A stretch of 64,000 nucleotides of DNA from Candidatus Bathyarchaeota archaeon (GCA_963827165.1 CAWGZR010000010.1:160001-224000), one strand, 5' to 3'; counted from the first letter of the stretch, positions 1 to 9,898 are shown. Numbers and translations: made by a program. Notes: generated from the letters alone by a model not told the origin.

Positions 1-71
1 TTGTAGGCATCGCACAGTCACAACTTCTAAAGAGCCTCACTTAAATCCCATTTTAAGTTGAGGCAAAAATT

Positions 72-650
72 TTGAAGATCGCAATTATCGGAAAAGGCAA
101 CGTTGGCAGCGCGTTAGGTAAGGGTTTAGGTGGCAAACATGAAGTGAAATTTGGTCACCGAGACCCCAAGGAGCCAGTTGCTGACGCAGCAAAATGGGGA
201 GAGGTAATAATTTTGGCGGTGCAACACAACAATGCCGATGATGCGATAAAAGAAATTAAGCCTTACGCAGACGGAAAAGTGGTTATCGACGTCACGAACG
301 CCGTAGGATCAAACGGAGATCTGGGAATAAGCTGCACAACGTCCACTGGGGAGGAAACACAGAAAAAGCTGCCTAAGGCGCGGGTTGTCAAAGCGTTCAA
401 CACAGTTTTCGCAGGCAACCAAAGCACGGGCAAAGTTGGTCAAGAACAGTTGTCGGCTTTTATCGCCGGCGATGACGCGAAAGCTAAACAAACAGTCGCC
501 GAGTTAACGCGGGACATCGGGTTCGACCCAGTGGACTGCGGACCCCTCAAAGCCGCCCGGTACCTTGACGCAATGGGAATAATGATAATCCAACTGGCCT
601 ACAGCTACGGGATGGGAGCAAAAATAGGCTACAGACTGGTCAAAGCTTAA
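72..650 (+). CDS. NADPH-dependent F420 reductase family oxidoreductase (F420_oxidored)
   Basis: Rossmann GKGNVG, VVIDVTN, VVKAFNT and GFDPVDCGPL motifs. Confidence 0.85.
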   Translation: MKIAIIGKGNVGSALGKGLGGKHEVKFGHRDPKEPVADAAKWGEVIILAVQHNNADDAIKEIKPYADGKVVIDVTNAVGSNGDLGISCTTSTGEETQKKLPKARVVKAFNTVFAGNQSTGKVGQEQLSAFIAGDDAKAKQTVAELTRDIGFDPVDCGPLKAARYLDAMGIMIIQLAYSYGMGAKIGYRLVKA

Positions 651-739
651 GCTGGCGTAGAAATCGCCGAAATCAACTATCTATTTTAACCGCGTACGCC
701 ACTTTAGAGTCATCGCAGTCAACCGTATGGCGGAGTTAA

Positions 740-1255
740 ATGAGCAGTGATTTTCCGAAAACTTTCGCAGTAGCCGCGCTTATTGTCGTTTTGCTAGCCG
801 TCGCCGTATTTGGAATAATCGTGGGGTACAATTTGAAACCGCCGACAACTGCAGGCGGCAGCTCTACTAGCAAAACCGCAGACATCACATTGGTGGTTCA
901 AAGTGATTTAACTTTGGGTCCTGATGGCAAACTGCATGACAGCTTTGTTCCCTGTGACTTCACCGTCTACGCAAATCAAGCAGTCAACCTCACGGTCGTA
1001 AATTATGACAACGGAGAGCACTCCTTTACCAGCCCAAGCTTGGGAGTGAACTTCATTATACCACCAAGCAACGCCACAGGAGTTCCCAAAGTGTCTAATT
1101 TCCAGTTTAGCGAACCCACCGCAGGCATCTATCGCTGGTACTGCACCTTCCCATGCGACACTGATGCAGGAGGCTGGGCGATGACCACCGGCAGCGATGG
1201 CCAACCCGACCAAATCGGCTTCATGGGCGGATTCGTGACAGTCCTGCCGAGTTAG
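740..1255 (+). CDS. Membrane-anchored cupredoxin-fold protein
   Basis: N-terminal TM helix; V-N-Y-D...HSF strand; G-I-Y-R-W-Y-C-x3-C and terminal GFMGGFVTV typical of cupredoxins. Confidence 0.7.
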   Translation: MSSDFPKTFAVAALIVVLLAVAVFGIIVGYNLKPPTTAGGSSTSKTADITLVVQSDLTLGPDGKLHDSFVPCDFTVYANQAVNLTVVNYDNGEHSFTSPSLGVNFIIPPSNATGVPKVSNFQFSEPTAGIYRWYCTFPCDTDAGGWAMTTGSDGQPDQIGFMGGFVTVLPS

Positions 1256-1401
1256 GTCATTAATGCAGTTTTTTCCTAAATATCCGAGAGATTTGTAAAA
1301 GAATACCCGAAAGCGGTTTGGGATATTAGTTTTTGAGGGAAAAGTTTAAGGGTTAAAGTAAGTTATGGTTTGCCGTATTCCCAATCTTTGAGGTTTATAG
1401 T

Positions 1402-1959
1402 TTGGCAACTAAACTTGAATCAATTGAAGAGCGTAAGGCTGAAGTCCTGATTAAACTTCGAAAATACAAGCTTATTGAAAAAGAAAAAGGCAAGTATGAA
1501 GGCGCAATATCCTACATAATTGATATTCCGCAGGACAAAGAAAAAGCGTTGATCTGGTGTATTTTGGGCGAAGCGACTGTTGGCATCGCTGCAATGAACA
1601 CCCTTTATAAAGTGATGAAGGAAAAAGAAATTGATCGCGCAATAGTCGTCACAGAAGGACGTTACACGCATGCGGTGAAACTCGGCGCAAAAAAGAAAGC
1701 GGTTGAACTGCTACCCAAATCTTTCCCAGTCTTTGACATTTTCGAACACGCCCTTGTGCCGCTGCATGAAATCCTAACTGAAAAAGAAAAAACACAGCTT
1801 CTAACCCAATACAAAGTTAAGCCTTACCAAATGCCGCAGATAAAGTCAGGCGACCCAGCAGTCAAAGCGATCGGTGCGAAGCCGGGCGACATACTCAGAA
1901 TTACCAGAAAAAGCACCACCGCCGGCGAACACTTAACCTACAGGTACGTAGTAGAATAA
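1402..1959 (+). CDS. rpo5: RNA polymerase subunit Rpo5/RpoH with an extra ~105-aa N-terminal Rpb5-like domain
   Basis: C-terminal [10 protein letters not shown]...[32 protein letters not shown]...YRYVV is canonical Rpo5; 185 aa versus ~80 aa for typical archaeal Rpo5. Confidence 0.9.
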   Translation: MATKLESIEERKAEVLIKLRKYKLIEKEKGKYEGAISYIIDIPQDKEKALIWCILGEATVGIAAMNTLYKVMKEKEIDRAIVVTEGRYTHAVKLGAKKKAVELLPKSFPVFDIFEHALVPLHEILTEKEKTQLLTQYKVKPYQMPQIKSGDPAVKAIGAKPGDILRITRKSTTAGEHLTYRYVVE

Positions 1960-2027
1960 AAAATAATCCCACAATCCCATTTTATTGGGCTATAAAATCT
2001 TGTGCATCTACAGATTCTTTGTTATAA

Positions 2028-3583
2028 CCGTAACTCTGCAAATTTACCCCTAGAAAGTGGATTCTACGCTTGATTTCACCCTATTTCAGGTGTATAAGCG
2101 CAAACCTTAAATTCTATTACCCCTATATTTACCCCTATGCAAGGCGCGCCAGAACCAATACTTCAAACATTTCAGGAAATAAAAGCCAAAGAAAACACGC
2201 GCCTAGAACTAAGAAGAATAAACGGCTACTACTACCTATACAAAGCACGCAACGTATGGAACAAGCAACAGAAAAAGCAAACAAAAATCACACAGATCAT
2301 AGGCTCAATAACCCAAGACGGAACCTTCAAACCTAAACGACAAAAAACCAAGGTCTCAACTACGCAAATCTACGAATACGGCAACGCAGAACTCTGCCTA
2401 AAACTCAGCCAAGACGTCCAGAACGCCACCGCCAACCTGCCCTTAAAAAACGAGCTATTAGCGCTCTCAATCATTCGAGCAATCAACCCCGGACCCATTC
2501 GCCTCGCCCAATCGGTCTGGGAAGACACCTACACCTCAAAGAAAATAGACGTTAACCTCTCACCCAAAAACGTCTCAGACACATTGTCAACCATAGGAAA
2601 CATGGTTGAAGAAACCTACGAGCTCTTCGCCAACCTCTCACCTCAAGGCGGCATGCTCTTCTACGATTTAACCTCGGTACTCTCTTACTCCAAGAAGCTC
2701 TCGCTTGCCGAACGGGGCTACAACGCAGACTGGGAGCAGGTGAGCCAGGTTAAGGTGGCTATGGCGTTCTCGACCAGCACCTGGCTACCCGTAGCCGTGG
2801 ATGTTTTCTATGGGTCGCTTAAAGAGACAAAGGTACTCAAATATTTTGTAGAGAGGTTTCCGGGAGTAGACTTGGGCTTTGTGATGGACAGAGGCTTTAA
2901 GTCTTATGAGCTGCTGGCGGATTTGAAAAAGGAACATATCCACTACATCGCGGCGTTGATGAAGAATTCTAAGCTGCTTCCAACCTCCGCCAAGATGACT
3001 GGGACTTTTGAGTATGGGAAGAAGAGAATGATCGCTTTTTGCAAGAAAAGCAACAGGCCATATGGTTTTCTGTATCTTTTCGAGGATCCTGTGTTGCGTG
3101 AAGAGGGAGAGGAGTTTTTGCTGGGTCAGGTGAATAGGGGCGAGTTGACTATGGACGAGTATCGGTTGGAGCGGCGTATGGCTGGGGTTTTCGGTATCGT
3201 GTCTGATCTGGATGTTGAGGCGCAGGTTGTTTATGAGCAGTATAAGGAGCGGGAGGAGATTGAGCAGGCGTTTGATTTTATGAAGAATGATTTGGAGGCT
3301 GACAAGACCTATCTGAGCAGGGACGAGGCGGTTAGGGGGTATTTTGTGGTTGTGTTTTTGGCTATGAGGATCTATTTCAAGATTCTGAAGAGGTTGCGAG
3401 AGAAGGGTTTGGTTGGCAAGGTTTCTGTTAGGGAAGTATTGTTTGCTCTTTCCAAGATGAGGATGATTGTTGAGAAGAGCGGAAATGAATATTTGTGTGC
3501 TCTTCCAAAGAAGACTGAGCAGATTCTTGAAGTTTTTTCAGACTTAATTACCGTTACCTAGGGGTAAAACGGTGAAGTTACGG
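2028..3583 (+). mobile_element. IS1634-family insertion sequence (1556 bp)
   Basis: Imperfect 26-bp terminal inverted repeats (2028-2053 and 3558-3583, 20/26 identical); 6-bp direct repeat TTATAA at 2022-2027 and 3584-3589; single transposase ORF. Confidence 0.9.
2137..3561 (+). CDS. DDE transposase, IS1634/IS4-like
   Basis: YDLTS, VMDRGF and YKEREEIEQAFDFMKN motifs; N-terminal YYYLY..RNVW. Confidence 0.9.
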   Translation: MQGAPEPILQTFQEIKAKENTRLELRRINGYYYLYKARNVWNKQQKKQTKITQIIGSITQDGTFKPKRQKTKVSTTQIYEYGNAELCLKLSQDVQNATANLPLKNELLALSIIRAINPGPIRLAQSVWEDTYTSKKIDVNLSPKNVSDTLSTIGNMVEETYELFANLSPQGGMLFYDLTSVLSYSKKLSLAERGYNADWEQVSQVKVAMAFSTSTWLPVAVDVFYGSLKETKVLKYFVERFPGVDLGFVMDRGFKSYELLADLKKEHIHYIAALMKNSKLLPTSAKMTGTFEYGKKRMIAFCKKSNRPYGFLYLFEDPVLREEGEEFLLGQVNRGELTMDEYRLERRMAGVFGIVSDLDVEAQVVYEQYKEREEIEQAFDFMKNDLEADKTYLSRDEAVRGYFVVVFLAMRIYFKILKRLREKGLVGKVSVREVLFALSKMRMIVEKSGNEYLCALPKKTEQILEVFSDLITVT

Positions 3584-3628
3584 TTATAAGATAAAAAAAA
3601 GGTCTATGGTCTTTTTTTACGGGAAAGA

Positions 3629-4186
3629 TCATTTGGCAATCATGACTTCCGTTGACTTCACGATTGCTTCTACTTCGTCACCCACTTTCAGATCTAAGTC
3701 TTCAACGGCGTCCTTGGTTATTACGGCAGTAACGGTGATGGGCATTTTCACTTCAACCTTTACTTTAGCCGTTATAACGCCTTTTTCCACTGCCACAACT
3801 TTTCCTTTAAAACGATTCCTTGCACTTAACTTCAAAGATTTCACCTCCAAACTTCCGGAATTTGACAAAACTTTCCCCAAATAGCTCTCAGCCTGTCTAT
3901 ACTCAACCAGCAAGTTCCGCCCCAAATCAGTCAGTTTCGCGCCGCCGCCTCCAGCCTTTCCGCCCTTGTAGGTTTCGACTATCGGCTGCTCAAGTGTTCC
4001 TTGGATATCGTGTAGATAATTCCAAACATAACGGTAGGACATACCTAAGGTTTCAGCGGCTTTCGAAATTGAGCTTTCTTTGTCGACGGCTTCTAAAATT
4101 TCTGCTCCGCCTTTCCCTATCAAAGGCGCATCTTTGTATTCTAACCAGACTTTGCATGAGAGCTTATGTTTCTTCTCAGTTGACAT
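3629..4186 (-). CDS. modE: ModE-family Mo/W-responsive regulator (wHTH + single TOBE)
   Basis: SISKAAETLGMSYRYVW, GGKAGGGGAKLT, SARNRFKGKV...AVITKDAVEDLDL; next to tungstate ABC genes. Confidence 0.9.
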   Translation of the reverse strand: MSTEKKHKLSCKVWLEYKDAPLIGKGGAEILEAVDKESSISKAAETLGMSYRYVWNYLHDIQGTLEQPIVETYKGGKAGGGGAKLTDLGRNLLVEYRQAESYLGKVLSNSGSLEVKSLKLSARNRFKGKVVAVEKGVITAKVKVEVKMPITVTAVITKDAVEDLDLKVGDEVEAIVKSTEVMIAK

Positions 4187-4246
4187 TCCATTTATGGATA
4201 AGTAAAAAAGACGATATAAATCTAATCGGACGCTGCAAGAAGGGTT

Positions 4247-4431
4247 TTAGAGTTTTCTTTTTGTTTTTGTTCCGCCTAAAACAATTATAATACCTGCCGC
4301 GCCTCCGCTGAGAATCGGAAGCACCTGTGAAGAAAAATTCGTGCCTTCCATAACCGTCGACAACGCAATAATCGCCGCTGCCCAAGCTAATGCAACACTA
4401 ATTATAATGACGCGAAAGTTGCCCGTTTCAA
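4247..4431 (-). CDS. Small two-TM membrane protein (~60 aa), start apparently disrupted by a 1-bp indel; not in the ORF track
   Basis: Frame ETGNFRVIIISVALAWAAAIIALSTVMEGTNFSSQVLPILSGGAAGIIIVLGGTKTKRKL*; AGGCGG plus TTG lies one base out of frame. Confidence 0.5.
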
Positions 4432-4489
4432 ACCGCCTTCTCTAAATCTGTCTTCTTTAAGATTTAAAATTTCCTAAGAAAAATGAAAA

Positions 4490-5206
4490 TTAGAATTCCA
4501 ATTCTCCGTTAATGAATTTGCGTGATATTTCGCTTTTGGGCTTTTCAAAAAAGTCCGCTGGCTTGGCGACCTCAACTATTTGTCCGTTGTAGATGTGGAC
4601 TATTTCATCCGCAAGTCTTCTTGCCTGCGTGAGGTCATGAGTCGCCATCATTATGATGCGCTGCGCATTTTTTCTACTGACAATTGCTTTTTCGATAATG
4701 ACTGCGTTGTTAGGGTCCAAATTAGCTGTCGGCTCATCCAAAAGCATAACATAAGGTTCAACAAGAAAAGCTCGGGCTAAAGCGATCCTCTGCTGTTCAC
4801 CGCCTGAAGTCTTCCTTGCCCTACGCTTCTCAAACCCTGAAAGCCTCACAGACTGCAAAGCCTCAGACACCTTTTTTGCGATTTCATCCCGGGGTACTTT
4901 TCTTATTCGCAAGCCATAGGCTAAGTTATCGTACACGTTGCTGCTGAACATTATGCTCTTTTGGAAAACGAGCGTGGAGACCTTGCGGAGAGCTTTGCAG
5001 TCGATGAGTTGATTGTTGAGCAATAGTTGTCCCGCGTCAGCGGTTTCTAAGCCAGCTATAATCCGCATAAGCGTTGTTTTACCTGCGCCGTTCACGCCTA
5101 AGAGAACAATGATTTTGCCTCCCTGCAGGTCAAGCGACACGCAATTTAGCGCTTCAACGTCGCGATATTTCTTTTTTACGTCTATTAACTGAAGGCTGAC
5201 GCTCAA
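4490..5206 (-). CDS. tupC: Tungstate ABC transporter ATP-binding subunit
   Basis: Walker A GVNGAGKT, SGGEQQR signature, LLDEPT; operon context. Confidence 0.85.
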   Translation of the reverse strand: MSVSLQLIDVKKKYRDVEALNCVSLDLQGGKIIVLLGVNGAGKTTLMRIIAGLETADAGQLLLNNQLIDCKALRKVSTLVFQKSIMFSSNVYDNLAYGLRIRKVPRDEIAKKVSEALQSVRLSGFEKRRARKTSGGEQQRIALARAFLVEPYVMLLDEPTANLDPNNAVIIEKAIVSRKNAQRIIMMATHDLTQARRLADEIVHIYNGQIVEVAKPADFFEKPKSEISRKFINGELEF

Positions 5207-5210
5207 GTCC

Positions 5211-5966
5211 TTAATTCCCGCCTAACCCTCGCCACAAAATGAATTTTCTCCGATCGCCTTCATCGTTTCTTAAGCGTTCTACAAGGCTGATAGTTAGTGC
5301 CAGAGCGATAACTATTGCCATGAGTAATATGGCGTATGCCATGGCGATATCGAAGTAGCCGAAGTCTATCTCGGTTGCAATTGCGGTAGTCAAAACTCTA
5401 GTTTCTCCGAGTAAGTTTCCGCCTACGATTGTGGCGATGCCGAGCTCGCCAAAACCCCTGTTAAACGAGGCGGTTATAGAAAGTACAATTGACCAGATTG
5501 TTTCCCGAATAAGCGTTAGGTTAGTTCTGAACCCTGATGCGCCAAGCGTTTTAGCTAAATCTCTCAGTTGAGTATCTGCTGTGCCTAAAGCGTTGGCTGT
5601 AAAACTTATTATGATTGGGGAAACGAGAATTGCCTCGCCGATCGCGATACCATTTAGAGTGTAGAGTAAGTGGAAAGATCCAAATTCTCCGTCCCTGACG
5701 AACAACAAGAACAGAAGCAATCCCAATGCAACAGTGGGGATGCCTATTAACGCGTTGAATACGCCTTTGACAAACCATTTTCCCCTAAAATTATACAAGC
5801 CTAAAGCTACAGCAATTGGAATACTCCAGATACATGACAATAAAGTTCCAATTCCAGCAACGTATATTGATCTGTAGACTGTTGCATAAACTTCAGGGTT
5901 GCCACTTACGATTAGTTTTAGGGCTTCCTCAAAGGCTTTTACGATAATATCAGCCATGCATATCAC
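5211..5966 (-). CDS. tupB: Tungstate ABC transporter permease
   Basis: FRGK..V...NALIGIPTVALGL and GELG...IVGGNL.G.TRVLTTAI, typical of TupB. Confidence 0.88.
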   Translation of the reverse strand: MICMADIIVKAFEEALKLIVSGNPEVYATVYRSIYVAGIGTLLSCIWSIPIAVALGLYNFRGKWFVKGVFNALIGIPTVALGLLLFLLFVRDGEFGSFHLLYTLNGIAIGEAILVSPIIISFTANALGTADTQLRDLAKTLGASGFRTNLTLIRETIWSIVLSITASFNRGFGELGIATIVGGNLLGETRVLTTAIATEIDFGYFDIAMAYAILLMAIVIALALTISLVERLRNDEGDRRKFILWRGLGGN

Positions 5967-6007
5967 AAAAAGAAATAAGGGAAATTTTATTTGAGCTTTT
6001 CCATGCG

Positions 6008-7402
6008 CTACTGTTCTAATGTTTTGCCTTTGCTTTGACTGTAGGTTAAGAGTTGTGTATTAATGGGTTTTTGGATGTCCACGTAGAGGTAGCTCGCGTC
6101 GCTTAGAGAGGAATTTGGAATCATGTTAGCCATTTGCACGTCGTATGAAGCTGTATAGAGGTTGCCTGCGTCATACCGGTATTGTGGTGGACATTCGGTT
6201 CCATTTGCATTGATGACGGGAACTGAATTGATGTAAGCGTAACTTTGGATCCATCCGTATAAAGTGGTGTTTATAGCAGGGTTAGTTGCTAAGGCCACGA
6301 ATGGATTGAACAGTGTTTGGTTATAGCTTGCCACACCGTAGTTTGCTATTGTCTGTTGACCTGCATCAGAGACTAGCCAATTGACAAAAGTCATTGAAGC
6401 GTTGAAGTTTGTATTTGCCAATTTAGAGTTTTGCGGGTTATCTATTATTGCGCTGTACACGTTGAGAAGTGATTGCTGAGCTTGAATTTGGATTTGCGAT
6501 TGTATGTCCCCGCGATCATAGTAAGCATAATAGGTTCCTGTGTCTGAAAGGGTGTATCCGCCAATGTTACCGTAGTAGTTTGCTGCCAGAAGAGTTGGCC
6601 CCATGCCAGTGCCTGTCGATTTGAACCATGAGGTTTGGGTTAGAAGCTGAGTATAATTGTAGCCTGCGGATGTCCATAGGGAAATCTCTTTGGTGTTTGT
6701 CCCTGAAGCATCGTCTCTTGAGAACCATAGCACGTTGCTGTTTGGAACCTGAGCCGCGTTGTAGATATCTATCATAGCTTGAGTAACATTGGTTAAGCCT
6801 CTGATGTGTGCGGGATCACTTGCGGGCCCAACTATAACGAAGAAATTGTATGCAACGATTTTGCGGTCAACCCCGTATCCTCCGGTTAGGAAAGGCAGTT
6901 CCTGTGAGGGGGAATGGACTAGTAACATGTCAGCCGAACCTGATTCTGCATCAGTAATGGCGACTCCTGTCCCTACAGCGACAAAGTTGATGGTTATCCA
7001 TGGATAGGTAGCTTGGAACGTGTCTTTTATGTCGTCTTTTAATGTCGTTCCATTGGCTAAAACTTCTGGAGTATCTTCCAGTCCCGTTTGATAAAGGCTT
7101 GTGGTTGTTGCTACTGTCAGTGTAGTGGGGGTTGGTGTTGGAGTCGGAGATGGGGAGGGTGTTGGAGATGGCGTAGGGCTCGCGGTCGCCATCTGTGTTG
7201 GCGTGGGTGTTGCGGTTGGTTTGGTAGTTGGTGTGGGGGAAGAAGTTGGAGACGGTGATGAAGTAGCTGTTGGAGCAGGGGATGGAGTAGGTGTGGTTTT
7301 TGGTGAACCTGAGAGGGATATGTAGGCGAAAACTCCGCCTATTATTATGACGATTACTACGATTGCTGCGATAATTGCATAAGTACTTTTCATCTTTTTC
7401 AC
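6008..7402 (-). CDS. tupA: Tungstate-binding protein with N-terminal TM anchor and Pro/Thr linker
   Basis: [44 protein letters not shown] motifs. Confidence 0.9.
   Translation of the reverse strand: MKKMKSTYAIIAAIVVIVIIIGGVFAYISLSGSPKTTPTPSPAPTATSSPSPTSSPTPTTKPTATPTPTQMATASPTPSPTPSPSPTPTPTPTTLTVATTTSLYQTGLEDTPEVLANGTTLKDDIKDTFQATYPWITINFVAVGTGVAITDAESGSADMLLVHSPSQELPFLTGGYGVDRKIVAYNFFVIVGPASDPAHIRGLTNVTQAMIDIYNAAQVPNSNVLWFSRDDASGTNTKEISLWTSAGYNYTQLLTQTSWFKSTGTGMGPTLLAANYYGNIGGYTLSDTGTYYAYYDRGDIQSQIQIQAQQSLLNVYSAIIDNPQNSKLANTNFNASMTFVNWLVSDAGQQTIANYGVASYNQTLFNPFVALATNPAINTTLYGWIQSYAYINSVPVINANGTECPPQYRYDAGNLYTASYDVQMANMIPNSSLSDASYLYVDIQKPINTQLLTYSQSKGKTLEQ
7110..7300 (-). repeat. Low-complexity Pro/Thr/Ser linker coding repeat in tupA
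   Basis: (T/S)P dipeptide repeats. Confidence 0.85.
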
Positions 7403-7417
7403 TGTTTTTAGGGAAAA

Positions 7418-7441
7418 CGATATGCATATTTAAACATGACG
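7418..7441. promoter_or_regulatory. Putative ModE box overlapping the tupA TATA box
   Basis: CGATATGCA-N6-AACATGACG resembles the ModE palindrome CGnTATATA-N6-TATATAnCG; contains minus-strand TTTAAATA ~25 nt upstream of the tupA start. Confidence 0.6.
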
Positions 7442-7507
7442 ACAACTAAGCGCTCTAAACAATGTATCGCTCAAGAAAAGCAACCAAATCCTTACAAGCA
7501 TGGGCGG

Positions 7508-7738
7508 CTAAACGGGCAATTTGCGTTCTTCCGTCAACTCGCCCAGAATTACTAGTGCTTCTCCTAGTGGCATGCCGAGCCTTTCAGCAAGCTCAGGCGC
7601 AGTTATGTCCGCTTTCTGAGGCAAAATGTTGGATCGGGTGTAAGCCTTATGGGTTGGATACATAACTGAAGCGTGAACTGCTTCAACAAGCAGTTGCCAA
7701 AGCTTCTCCTTTGAATAATCTTCCAAAGCCATGTGCAA
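7508..7738 (-). CDS. Small hypothetical protein with HTH-like C-terminus
   Basis: ITAPELAERLGMPLGEALVIL. Confidence 0.6.
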   Translation of the reverse strand: MHMALEDYSKEKLWQLLVEAVHASVMYPTHKAYTRSNILPQKADITAPELAERLGMPLGEALVILGELTEERKLPV

Positions 7739-7854
7739 TCAAACATGCATTAGGGTATTACGATTATTAACCTAGCGTATAGGGCCCGGAAAAAAAGATT
7801 ACGACAAACTTAATACTTTGCCGTTGCTGCTTGATTCATAGAGGAGGATTTTTT

Positions 7855-8826
7855 TTGAAGGCTGTTGTTTATCGTGGACCCCACGAGATCAAGGTTGAAC
7901 AGGTTCCTGAGCCGCAGTTGAAAGGCAACAGGGTTCTTGTTCATTTCAAAGCTGGAAGCATCTGCGGTACCGACATGCACCTGTATAGGGGTGAATGGAA
8001 ATGGATGAGGAAAGGCATGATTCTGGGACATGACGCATGGGGAGTCCGCGAAGACACTGGCGAACGCGTCGTCATGGTTCCCATAGTCAACTGCGGGCAC
8101 TGTTATTTTTGCTTGCGGGGGTTACCTACTTATTGCACAAAAGGAAAATTCTACGGGTTGACACGCGACGGCTTCTTCGCTGAGTCTAAAGCAATGTTGC
8201 CCCGAAGCTTAATTCCAATTCCCGCAAGTGTCTCTGATGAGGAAGCGGCGATAGTGGAGCCTGTTGCCCTAGCGCTTCGCGTACTCGATTACATGAAGCC
8301 TAATCTAGGCGATTGGGTGACGATAATTGGGCAAGGACCCATTGGCTTGCTTATGACGCGGGTGGCTCAGTTGAAAGGATGCCGCGTTATCGCAGTTGAT
8401 CTTGAGGATTACAGACTTGAATTCAGCCTAAAGTATGGAGCAAATGCAGTTATCAACGCGAAGAAAGAAGACGTAATCAAAACTGTACGGAAACTGACGA
8501 AGCATGGGTCAGACTTGGTCATTGAAGCAGCTGGAACAAGTAAAACGGTTGAACAAACGCCTTTTCTGGTTAGGAAGGCGGGCAAAGTTGCTTTGGTCGG
8601 CGAGTCAAAAGGTTACTTGAACTTAGAAGATGCGGATGAAGCGTTGTTTTTCACAATTTACATTTCGCCTGTCGAATACCCGTCGGCCGTAGAGTTAATC
8701 GCTAGAAAACTGGTTGACGTGAAAGGCCTGATAACGCACAGGTTTAAGTTTGATGAATTCGAGAAAGCGCTGCAAACCGTTGACAATCCGGCAGAGAAAC
8801 CTTTGAAAGTCATAATCACAGCGTAG
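7855..8826 (+). CDS. Zinc-dependent medium-chain alcohol/polyol dehydrogenase
   Basis: ICGTD, GH, CGHCYFC...C structural Zn, GQGPIG; probable TTG start at 7855 after GAGGAGG. Confidence 0.9.
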   Translation: MKAVVYRGPHEIKVEQVPEPQLKGNRVLVHFKAGSICGTDMHLYRGEWKWMRKGMILGHDAWGVREDTGERVVMVPIVNCGHCYFCLRGLPTYCTKGKFYGLTRDGFFAESKAMLPRSLIPIPASVSDEEAAIVEPVALALRVLDYMKPNLGDWVTIIGQGPIGLLMTRVAQLKGCRVIAVDLEDYRLEFSLKYGANAVINAKKEDVIKTVRKLTKHGSDLVIEAAGTSKTVEQTPFLVRKAGKVALVGESKGYLNLEDADEALFFTIYISPVEYPSAVELIARKLVDVKGLITHRFKFDEFEKALQTVDNPAEKPLKVIITA

Positions 8827-8973
8827 GCCTCTTCGACCAAAGTTTTTTTCTTTAAAAGAACAACAACAACCTTGGAATTGCAATTGTTGTTTTCTTGGTG
8901 TTCTAAACGGTCTTTGCCGGAAAATCAAGGTTTTATAATAGAATCAGGTAAATTATGAGGAGAAGGGTCGCTT

Positions 8974-9771
8974 GTGTGGGAAGCGTTCTTGCCCATTATA
9001 GGATTTCTAATCGGGCTGGTTTCGGTGATGGTTGGCCTTGGAGGCGGATTTCTAGTCGTGCCTCTCTTGACTTTGGTCTACGCCTTTTCCCCAGCGAATG
9101 CCGTTGGAACCAGCTTAGCAACAATTCTAATGACGACAGCTGTTGCCTCTGCATACTATTCAAAACAAAAGCAAACCTACTATAAAATGGGCTTAATTTT
9201 ATCTGCAGCCTCAGTGCCCGGCGCAATATTCGGAAGCTACTTAACAACAGAAATACCTGGAAAGGCAATAGGATTGCTTATCGGTATTTTCTTAGTTTTT
9301 GTAGCTTGGCAAATAGTCTATAAAAAAGGCACCCAAAATAACTGTGAAAATTCAGAAGAGGATTCAGGGTTTTCTGAAAAAGAATTGCTGTCTCAACAGA
9401 GAACCGTTTTGCTGGGGGTCGTTCTCTGTTTTTTTGCTGGTTTAATTGGGGGTTTGCTTAGCATTCCAGGGGTGCTGTTGGTGCCGATTATGGCTTTGGT
9501 TTTACACATGCCTTTTAAAACCGTCGCAGCAACTTCGGTTTTCACAATGGTTTTCATTTCTTTGGCATGTACGGTTCAACACATCAGTTTCGGCAACATA
9601 AATGTTAACTATGCATTGCTGATAGGATCTGGCTCTGTGTTTGGAGGATTGCTTGGTGCTTATCTTTGCTCTATCACCAAAAACCAAACGTTGCGTTGGG
9701 TTTTGTTCGGATTACTTCTCTTTATTAGTTTACAGATGTTTTTAAAGTTCGGTTTGGGTGTTAATTATTAG
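8974..9771 (+). CDS. TauE/SafE sulfite exporter family membrane protein
   Basis: GLGGGFLVVP and AVGTSL motifs, duplicated multi-TM halves. Confidence 0.85.
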   Translation: MWEAFLPIIGFLIGLVSVMVGLGGGFLVVPLLTLVYAFSPANAVGTSLATILMTTAVASAYYSKQKQTYYKMGLILSAASVPGAIFGSYLTTEIPGKAIGLLIGIFLVFVAWQIVYKKGTQNNCENSEEDSGFSEKELLSQQRTVLLGVVLCFFAGLIGGLLSIPGVLLVPIMALVLHMPFKTVAATSVFTMVFISLACTVQHISFGNINVNYALLIGSGSVFGGLLGAYLCSITKNQTLRWVLFGLLLFISLQMFLKFGLGVNY

Positions 9772-9898
9772 CAGACAAATCAATTAGAAAATCTCCAGAG
9801 CAAACTACCATCTTCAAGATTTTTTCAGTTAATTCAGAAACGCTTTTTAGTTAAGAAAAGACAGGATATACAAATTCGACCCAATCAGGGGATTATAA

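Noticed and set aside
4176-4385. Track ORF of 69 aa upstream of modE
   Set aside because: A different frame over the same DNA gives a far more protein-like two-TM sequence
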